Of a stretch of 64,000 nucleotides of DNA, positions 1 through 10,500 are shown one piece after another. Within the stretch, counting starts at the first letter, position 1; each line of letters opens with the position of its first letter. The notes beneath the pieces are model-generated. The model did no database searches. It was not told the origin of the DNA and saw only the letters and a program-made list of their open reading frames with translations. The stretch comes from Auanema rhodensis (lineage: Eukaryota; Animalia; Nematoda): the NCBI GenBank assembly GCA_964057225.1, contig CAXKVF010000072.1, positions 372,001-436,000 of the forward strand, read 5' to 3'. Made by a program: the position numbers and the translations under genes.

Positions 1-352
1 GCATAAATTAAAGTTCACGTAAATTTCAAAGTCATGGTTACCATGCACCAATATCAATAAAAATTTGTTTTTAGACTAATATGGACATGGGGAATCTAAT
101 TTTGAAAACCGCATCTCTTTATCTTTTACGTGAAGCGAGTTACATACCAAGTGCACATCACGTGTACATTTAATTAGCATAAATTAAAGTTCACGTAAAT
201 TTCAAAGTCATGGTTACCATGAACCAATATCAATAAAAATTTGTTTTTAGACTAATATGGACATGGGGAATCTAATTTTGAAAACCGCATCTCTTTATCT
301 TTCACGTGAAGCGAGTTACATACCAAGTGCACATCACGTGTACATTTAATTA

Positions 353-528
353 GCATAAATTAAAGTTCACGTAAATTTCAAAGTCATGGTTACCATGCAC
401 CAATATCAATAAAAATTTGTTTTTAGACTAATATGGACATGGGGAATCTAATTTTGAAAACCGCATCTCTTTATCTTTCACGTGAAGCGAGTTACATACC
501 AAGTGCACATCACGTGTACATTTAATTA
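353..528 (+). repeat. Representative consensus 176-bp monomer
   Basis: The third monomer carries none of the recurrent variants (C46A, T120C, C127T, G137A, G36A, T88A etc.) and matches the majority sequence across the window. Confidence 0.95.
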
Positions 529-3500
529 GCATAAATTAAAGTTCACGTAAATTTCAAAGTCATGGTTACCATGCACCAATATCAATAAAAATTTGTTTTT
601 AGACTAATATGGACATGGGGAATCTAATTTTGAAAACCGCATCTCTTTATCTTTTACGTGAAGCGAGTTACATACCAAGTGCACATCACGTGTACATTTA
701 ATTAGCATAAATTAAAGTTCACGTAAATTTCAAAGTCATGGTTACCATGCACCAATATCAATAAAAGTTTGTTTTTAGACTAATATGGACATGGGGAATC
801 TAATTTTGAAAACCGCATCTCTTTATCTTTTACGTGAAGCGAGTTACATACCAAGTGCACATCACGTGTACATTTAATTAGCATAAATTAAAGTTCACGT
901 AAAATTCAAAGTCATGGTTACCATGCACCAATATCAATAAAAATTTGTTTTTAGACTAATATGGACATGGGGAATCTAATTTTGAAAACCGCATCTCTTT
1001 ATCTTTTACGTGAAGCGAGTTACATACCAAGTGCACATCACGTGTACATTTAATTAGCATAAATTAAAGTTCACGTAAATTTCAAAGTCATGGTTACCAT
1101 GCACCAATATCAATAAAAATTTGTTTTTAGACTAATATGGAAATGGGGAATCTAATTTTGAAAACCGCATCTCTTTATCTTTTACGTGAAGCGAGTTACA
1201 TACCAAGTGCACATCACGTGTACATTTAATTAGCATAAATTAAAGTTCACGTAAATTTCAAAGTCATGGTTACCATGCACCAATATCAATAAAAATTTGT
1301 TTTTAGACTAATATGGACATGGGGAATCTAATTTTGAAAACCGCATCTCTTTATCTTTTACGTGAAGCGAGTTACATACCAAGTGCACATCACGTGTACA
1401 TTTAATTAGCATAAATTAAAGTTCACGTAAATTTCAAAGTCATGGTTACCATGCACCAATATCAATAAAAATTTGTTTTTAGACTAATATGGACATGGGG
1501 AATCTAATTTTGAAAACCGCATCTCTTCATCTTTCACGTGAAGCGAGTTACATACCAAGTGCACATCACGTGTACATTTAATTAGCATAAATTAAAGTTC
1601 ACGTAAATTTCAAAGTCATGGTTACCATGCACCAATATCAATAAAAATTTGTTTTTAGACTAATATGGACATGGGGAATCTAATTTTGAAAACCGCATCT
1701 TTTTATCTTTCACGTGAAGCGAGTTACATACCAAGTGCACATCACGTGTACATTTAATTAGCATAAATTAAAGTTCACGTAAATTTCAAAGTCATGGTTA
1801 CCATGAACCAATATCAATAAAAATTTGTTTTTAGACTAATATGGACATGGGGAATCTAATTTTGAAAACCGCATCTGTTTATCTTTCACGTGAAGCAAGT
1901 TACATACCGAGTGCACATCACGTGTACATTTAATTAGCATAAATTAAAGTTCACGTAAATTTCAAAGTCATAGTTACCATGCACCAATATCAATAAAAAT
2001 TTGTTTTTAGACTAATATGGACATGGGGAATCTAATTTTGAAAACCGCATCTCTTTATCTTTCACGTGAAGCGAGTTACATACCAAGTGCACATCACGTG
2101 TACATTTAATTAGCATAAATTAAAGTTCACGTAAATTTCAAAGTCATGGTTACCATGAAGCAATATCAATAAAAATTTGTTTTTAGACTAATATGGACAT
2201 GGGGAATCTAATTTTGAAAACCGCATCTCTTTATCTTTCACGTGAAGCGAGTTACATACCAAGTGCACATCACGTGTACATTTAATTAGCATAAACTAAA
2301 GTTCACGTAAATTTCAAAGTCATGGTTACCATGAACCAATATCAATAAAAATTTGTTTTTAGACTAATATGGACATGGGGAATCTAATTTTGAAAACCGC
2401 ATCTCTTTATCTTTCACGTGAAGCGAGTTACATACCAAGTGCACATCACGTGTACATTTAATTAGCATAAATTAAAGTTCACGTAAATTTCAAAGTCATG
2501 GTTACCATGAAGCAATATCAATAAAAATTTGTTTTTAGACTAATATGGACATGGGGAATCTAATTTTGAAAACCGCATCTCTTTATCTTTCACGTGAAGC
2601 GAGTTACATACCAAGTGCACATCACGTGTACATTTAATTAGCATAAATTAAAGTTCACGTAAAATTCAAAGTCATGGTTACCATGCACCAATATCAATAA
2701 AAATTTGTTTTTAGACTAATATGGACATGGGGAATCTAATTTTGAAAACCGCATCTCTTTATCTTTTACGTGAAGCGAGTTACATACCAAGTGCACATCA
2801 CGTGTACATTTAATTAGCATAAATTAAAGTTCACGTAAATTTCAAAGTCATGGTTACCATGCACCAATATCAATAAAAATTTGTTTTTAGACTAATATGG
2901 ACATGGGGAATCTAATTTTGAAAACCGCATCTCTTTATCTTTTACGTGAAGCGAGTTACATACCAAGTGCACATCACGTGTACATTTAATTAGCATAAAT
3001 TAAAGTTCACGTAAAATTCAAAGTCATGGTTACCATGCACCAATATCAATAAAAATTTGTTTTTAGACTAATATGGACATGGGGAATCTAATTTTGAAAA
3101 CCGCATCTCTTTATCTTTTACGTGAAGCGAGTTACATACCAAGTGCACATCACGTGTACATTTAATTAGCATAAATTAAAGTTCACGTAAATTTCAAAGT
3201 CATGGTTACCATGCACCAATATCAATAAAAATTTGTTTTTAGACTAATATGGAAATGGGGAATCTAATTTTGAAAACCGCATCTCTTTATCTTTTACGTG
3301 AAGCGAGTTACATACCAAGTGCACATCACGTGTACATTTAATTAGCATAAATTAAAGTTCACGTAAATTTCAAAGTCATGGTTACCATGCACCAATATCA
3401 ATAAAAATTTGTTTTTAGACTAATATGGACATGGGGAATCTAATTTTGAAAACCGCATCTCTTTATCTTTTACGTGAAGCGAGTTACATACCAAGTGCAC

Positions 3501-6500
3501 ATCACGTGTACATTTAATTAGCATAAATTAAAGTTCACGTAAATTTCAAAGTCATGGTTACCATGAACCAATATCAATAAAAATTTGTTTTTAGACTAAT
3601 ATGGACATGGGGAATCTGATTTTGAAAACCGCATCTCTTTATCTTTCACGTGAAGCGAGTTACATACCAAGTGCACATCACGTGTACATTTAATTAGCAT
3701 AAATTAAAGTTCACGTAAAATTCAAAGTCATGGTTACCATGCACCAATATCAATAAAAATTTGTTTTTAGACTAATATGGACATGGGGAATCTAATTTTG
3801 AAAACCGCATCTCTTTATCTTTTACGTGAAGCGAGATACATACCAAGTGCACATCACGTGTACATTTAATTAGCATAAATTAAAGTTCACGTAAATTTCA
3901 AAGTCATGGTTACCATGCACCAATATCAATAAAAATTTGTTTTTAGACTAATATGGACATGGGGAATCTAATTTTGAAAACCGCATCTCTTTATCTTTTA
4001 CGTGAAGCGAGTTACATACCAAGTGCACATCACGTGTACATTTAATTAGCATAAATTAAAGTTCACGTAAATTTCAAAGTCATGGTTACCATGAACCAAT
4101 ATCAATAAAAATTTGTTTTTAGACTAATATGGACATGGGGAATCTAATTTTGAAAACCGCATCTCTTTATCTTTCACGTGAAGCGAGTTACATACCAAGT
4201 GCACATCACGTGTACATTTAATTAGCATAAATTAAAGTTCACGTAAATTTCAAAGTCATGGTTACCATGCACCAATATCAATAAAAATTTGTTTTTAGAC
4301 TAATATGGACATGGGGAATCTAATTTTGAAAACCGCATCTCTTCATCTTTCACGTGAAGCGAGTTACATACCAAGTGCACATCACGTGTACATTTAATTA
4401 GCATAAATTAAAGTTCACGTAAATTTCAAAGTCATGGTTACCATGCACCAATATCAATAAAAATTTGTTTTTAGACTAATATGGACATGGGGAATCTAAT
4501 TTTGAAAACCGCATCTCTTTATCTTTCACGTGAAGCGAGTTACATACCAAGTGCACATCACGTGTACATTTAATTAGCATAAATTAAAGTTCACGTAAAT
4601 TTCAAAGTCATGGTTACCATGAACCAATATCAATAAAAATTTGTTTTTAGACTAATATGGACATGGGGAATCTAATTTTGAAAACCGCATCTGTTTATCT
4701 TTCACGTGAAGCAAGTTACATACCAAGTGCACATCACGTGTACATTTAATTAGCATAAATTAAAGTTCACGTAAATTTCAAAGTCATAGTTACCATGCAC
4801 CAATATCAATAAAAATTTGTTTTTAGACTAATATGGACATGGGGAATCTAATTTTGAAAACCGCATCTCTTTATCTTTCACGTGAAGCGAGTTACATACC
4901 AAGTGCACATCACGTGTACATTTAATTAGCATAAATTAAAGTTCACGTAAATTTCAAAGTCATGGTTACCATGCACCAATATCAATAAAAATTTGTTTTT
5001 AGACTAATATGGACATGGGGAATCTAATTTTGAAAACCGCATCTCTTTATCTTTCACGTGAAGCGAGTTACATACCAAGTGCACATCACGTGTACATTTA
5101 ATTAGCATAAATTAAAGTTCACGTAAATTTCAAAGTCATGGTTACCATGCACCAATATCAATAAAAATTTGTTTTTAGACTAATATGGACATGGGGAATC
5201 TAATTTTGAAAACCGCATCTCTTTATCTTTCACGTGAAGCGAGTTACATACCAAGTGCACATCACGTGTACATTTAATTAGCATAAATTAAAGTTCACGT
5301 AAATTTCAAAGTCATGGTTACCATGAACCAATATCAATAAAAATTTGTTTTTAGACTAATATGGACATGGGGAATCTAATTTTGAAAACCGCATCTCTTC
5401 ATCTTTCACGTGAAGCGAGTTACATACCAAGTGCACATCACGTGTACATTTAATTAGCATAAATTAAAGTTCACGTAAATTTCAAAGTCATGGTTACCAT
5501 GCACCAATATCAATAAAAATTTGTTTTTAGACTAATATGGACATGGGGAATCTAATTTTGAAAACCGCATCTCTTTATCTTTCACGTGAAGCGAGTTACA
5601 TACCAAGTGCACATCACGTGTACATTTAATTAGCATAAATTAAAGTTCACGTAAATTTCAAAGTCATGGTTACCATGCACCAATATCAATAAAAATTTGT
5701 TTTTAGACTAATATGGACATGGGGAATCTAATTTTGAAAACCGCATCTCTTTATCTTTCACGTGAAGCGAGTTACATACCAAGTGCACATCACGTGTACA
5801 TTTAATTAGCATAAATTAAAGTTCACGTAAATTTCAAAGTCATGGTTACCACGCACCAATATCAATAAAAATTTGTTTTTCGACTAATATGGACATGGGG
5901 AATCTAATTTTGAAAACCGCATCTCTTTATCTTTCACGTGAAGCGAGTTACATACCAAGTGCACATCACGTGTACATTTAATTAGCATAAATTAAAGTTC
6001 ACGTAAATTTCAAAGTCATGGTTACCATGAACCAATATCAATAAAAATTTGTTTTTAGACTAATATGGACAAGGGGAATCTAATTTTGAAAACCGCATCT
6101 CTTTATCTTTCACGTGAAGCGAGTTACATACCAAGTGCACATCACGTGTACATTTAATTAGCATAAATTAAAGTTCACGTAAATTTCAAAGTCATGGTTA
6201 CCATGCACCAATATCAATAAAAATTTGTTTTTAGACTAATATGGACATGGGGAATCTAATTTTGGAAACCGCATCTCTTCATCTTTCACGTGAAGCGAGT
6301 TACATACCAAGTGCACATCACGTGTACATTTAATTAGCATAAATTAAAGTTCACGTAAATTTCAAAGTCATGGTTACCATGCACCAATATCAATAAAAAT
6401 TTGTTTTTAGACTAATATGGACATGGGGAATCTAATTTTGAAAACCGCATCTCTTTATCTTTCACGTGAAGCGAGTTACATACCAAGTGCACATCACGTG

Positions 6501-7568
6501 TACATTTAATTAGCATAAATTAAAGTTCACGTAAATTTCAAAGTCATGGTTACCATGAACCAATATCAATAAAAATTTGTTTTTAGACTAATATGGACAT
6601 GGGGAATCTAATTTTGAAAACCGCATCTCTTTATCTTTCACGTGAAGCGAGTTACATACCAAGTGCACATCACGTGTACATTTAATTAGCATAAATTAAA
6701 GTTCACGTAAATTTCAAAGTCATGGTTACCATGCACCAATATCAATAAAAATTTGTTTTTAGACTAATATGGACATGGGGAATCTAATTTTGAAAACCGC
6801 ATCTCTTTATCTTTCACGTGAAGCGAGTTACATACCAAGTGCACATCACGTGTACATTTAATTAGCATAAATTAAAGTTCACGTAAATTTCAAAGTCATG
6901 GTTACCATGAACCAATATCAATAAAAATTTGTTTTTAGACTAATATGGACAAGGGGAATCTAATTTTGAAAACCGCATCTCTTTATCTTTCACGTGAAGC
7001 GAGTTACATACCAAGTGCACATCACGTGTACATTTAATTAGCATAAATTAAAGTTCACGTAAATTTCAAAGTCATGGTTACCATGCACCAATATCAATAA
7101 AAATTTGTTTTTAGACTAATATGGACATGGGGAATCTAATTTTGAAAACCGCATCTCTTTATCTTTCACGTGAAGCGAGTTACATACCAAGTGCACATCA
7201 CGTGTACATTTAATTAGCATAAATTAAAGTTCACGTAAATTTCAAAGTCATGGTTACCACGCACCAATATCAATAAAAATTTGTTTTTAGACTAATATGG
7301 ACATGGGGAATCTAATTTTGAAAACCGCATCTCTTTATCTTTCACGTGAAGCGAGTTACATACCAAGTGCACATCACGTGTACATTTAATTAGCATAAAT
7401 TAAAGTTCACGTAAATTTCAAAGTCATGGTTACCATGAACCAATATCAATAAAAATTTGTTTTTAGACTAATATGGACAAGGGGAATCTAATTTTGAAAA
7501 CCGCATCTCTTTATCTTTCACGTGAAGCGAGTTACATACCAAGTGCACATCACGTGTACATTTAATTA

Positions 7569-10500
7569 GCATAAATTAAAGTTCACGTAAATTTCAAAGT
7601 CATGGTTACCATGCACCAATATCAATAAAAATTTGTTTTTAGACTAATATGGACATGGGGAATCTAATTTTGGAAACCGCATCTCTTCATCTTTCACGTG
7701 AAGCGAGTTACATACCAAGTGCACATCACGTGTACATTTAATTAGCATAAATTAAAGTTCACGTAAATTTCAAAGTCATGGTTACCATGCACCAATATCA
7801 ATAAAAATTTGTTTTTAGACTAATATGGACATGGGGAATCTAATTTTGAAAACCGCATCTCTTTATCTTTCACGTGAAGCGAGTTACATACCAAGTGCAC
7901 ATCACGTGTACATTTAATTAGCATAAATTAAAGTTCACGTAAATTTCAAAGTCATGGTTACCATGAACCAATATCAATAAAAATTTGTTTTTAGACTAAT
8001 ATGGACATGGGGAATCTAATTTTGAAAACCGCATCTCTTTATCTTTCACGTGAAGCAAGTTACATACCAAGTGCACATCACGTGTACATTTAATAAGCAT
8101 AAATTAAAGTTCACGTAAATTTCAAAGTCATAGTTACCATGCACCAATATCAATAAAAATTTGTTTTTAGACTAATATGGACATGGGGAATCTAATTTTG
8201 AAAACCGCATCTCTTTATCTTTCACGTGAAGCGAGTTACATACCAAGTGCACATCACGTGTACATTTAATTAGCATAAATTAAAGTTCACGTAAATTTCA
8301 AAGTCATGGTTACCATGCACCAATATCAATAAAAATTTGTTTTTAGACTAATATGGACATGGGGAATCTAATTTTGAAAACCGCATCTCTTTATCTTTCA
8401 CGTGAAGCGAGTTACATACCAAGTGCACATCACGTGTACATTTAATTAGCATAAATTAAAGTTCACGTAAATTTCAAAGTCATGGTTACCATGCACCAAT
8501 ATCAATAAAAATTTGTTTTTAGACTAATATGGACATGGGGAATCTAATTTTGAAAACCGCATCTCTTTATCTTTCACGTGAAGCGAGTTACATACCAAGT
8601 GCACATCACGTGTACATTTAATTAGCATAAATTAAAGTTCACGTAAATTTCAAAGTCATGGTTACCATGAACCAATATCAATAAAAATTTGTTTTTAGAC
8701 TAATATGGACAAGGGGAATCTAATTTTGAAAACCGCATCTCTTTATCTTTCACGTGAAGCGAGTTACATACCAAGTGCACATCACGTGTACATTTAATTA
8801 GCATAAATTAAAGTTCACGTAAATTTCAAAGTCATGGTTACCATGCACCAATATCAATAAAAATTTGTTTTTAGACTAATATGGACATGGGGAATCTAAT
8901 TTTGAAAACCGCATCTCTTCATCTTTCACGTGAAGCGAGTTACATACCAAGTGCACATCACGTGTACATTTAATTAGCATAAATTAAAGTTCACGTAAAT
9001 TTCAAAGTCATGGTTACCATGCACCAATATCAATAAAAATTTGTTTTTAGACTAATATGGACATGGGGAATCTAATTTTGAAAACCGCATCTCTTTATCT
9101 TTCACGTGAAGCGAGTTACATACCAAGTGCACATCACGTGTACATTTAATTAGCATAAATTAAAGTTCACGTAAATTTCAAAGTCATGGTTACCATGAAC
9201 CAATATCAATAAAAATTTGTTTTTAGACTAATATGGACATGGGGAATCTAATTTTGAAAACCGCATCTGTTTATCTTTCACGTGAAGCAAGTTACATACC
9301 AAGTGCACATCACGTGTACATTTAATTAGCATAAATTAAAGTTCACGTAAATTTCAAAGTCATAGTTACCATGCACCAATATCAATAAAAATTTGTTTTT
9401 AGACTAATATGGACATGGGGAATCTAATTTTGAAAACCGCATCTCTTTATCTTTCACGTGAAGCGAGTTACATACCAAGTGCACATCACGTGTACATTTA
9501 ATTAGCATAAATTAAAGTTCACGTAAATTTCAAAGTCATGGTTACCATGCACCAATATCAATAAAAATTTGTTTTTAGACTAATATGGACATGGGGAATC
9601 TAATTTTGAAAACCGCATCTCTTTATCTTTCACGTGAAGCGAGTTACATACCAAGTGCACATCACGTGTACATTTAACTAGCATAAATTAAAGTTCACGT
9701 AAATTTCAAAGTCATGGTTACCATGCACCAATATCAATAAAAATTTGTTTTTAGACTAATATGGACATGGGGAATCTAATTTTGAAAACCGCATCTCTTT
9801 ATCTTTCACGTGAAGCGAGTTACATACCAAGTGCACATCACGTGTACATTTAATTAGCATAAATTAAAGTTCACGTAAATTTCAAAGTCATGGTTACCAT
9901 GAACCAATATCAATAAAAATTTGTTTTTAGACTAATATGGACATGGGGAATCTAATTTTGAAAACCGCATCTCTTCATCTTTCACGTGAAGCGAGTTACA
10001 TACCAAGTGCACATCACGTGTACATTTAATTAGCATAAATTAAAGTTCACGTAAATTTCAAAGTCATGGTTACCATGCACCAATATCAATAAAAATTTGT
10101 TTTTAGACTAATATGGACATGGGGAATCTAATTTTGAAAACCGCATCTCTTTATCTTTCACGTGAAGCGAGTTACATACCAAGTGCACATCACGTGTACA
10201 TTTAATTAGCATAAATTAAAGTTCACGTAAATTTCAAAGTCATGGTTACCATGAACCAATATCAATAAAAATTTGTTTTTAGACTAATATGGACATGGGG
10301 AATCTAATTTTGAAAACCGCATCTCTTTATCTTTCACGTGAAGCGAGTTACATACCAAGTGCACATCACGTGTACATTTAATTAGCATAAATTAAAGTTC
10401 ACGTAAATTTCAAAGTCATGGTTACCATGCACCAATATCAATAAAAATTTGTTTTTAGACTAATATGGACATGGGGAATCTAATTTTGAAAACCGCATCT

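Noticed and set aside
56-61. AATAAA polyadenylation signal and TATA-like words in each monomer
   Set aside because: Such words are expected by chance in 68% AT DNA, and there is no gene context.
1-176. Assignment to known satellites of similar size (Brassica CentBr 176 bp, Arabidopsis CEN178, primate alpha satellite, honeybee AluI repeat)
   Set aside because: Only the length is similar. The consensus lacks AAGCTT/AGCT sites and does not resemble those sequences as I recall them. A database search is required for any naming.
1-176. 5S rRNA, tRNA, snRNA or spliced-leader tandem gene array
   Set aside because: I see no cloverleaf, Pol III A/B/C boxes or recognisable structured-RNA sequence on either strand, and the unit is AT-rich.
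157-262. Budding-yeast point centromere layout (CDEI ATCACGTG, about 77 bp, then TGTTTTT resembling the start of CDEIII)
   Set aside because: The intervening DNA is far below the >90% AT of CDEII and the essential CDEIII TTCCGAA core is absent. Point centromeres are also not tandemly arrayed.
433-525. 30-codon ORF in each monomer (MDMGNLILKTASLYLSREASYIPSAHHVYI*, monomer 81-173) and an 8-codon ORF (MVTMHQYQ*)
   Set aside because: These lengths are expected by chance. There is no recognisable domain, the monomer length is not a multiple of 3, the ORFs end within each monomer, and the variants show no synonymous bias. Ribo-seq or proteomics would be needed to revive it.
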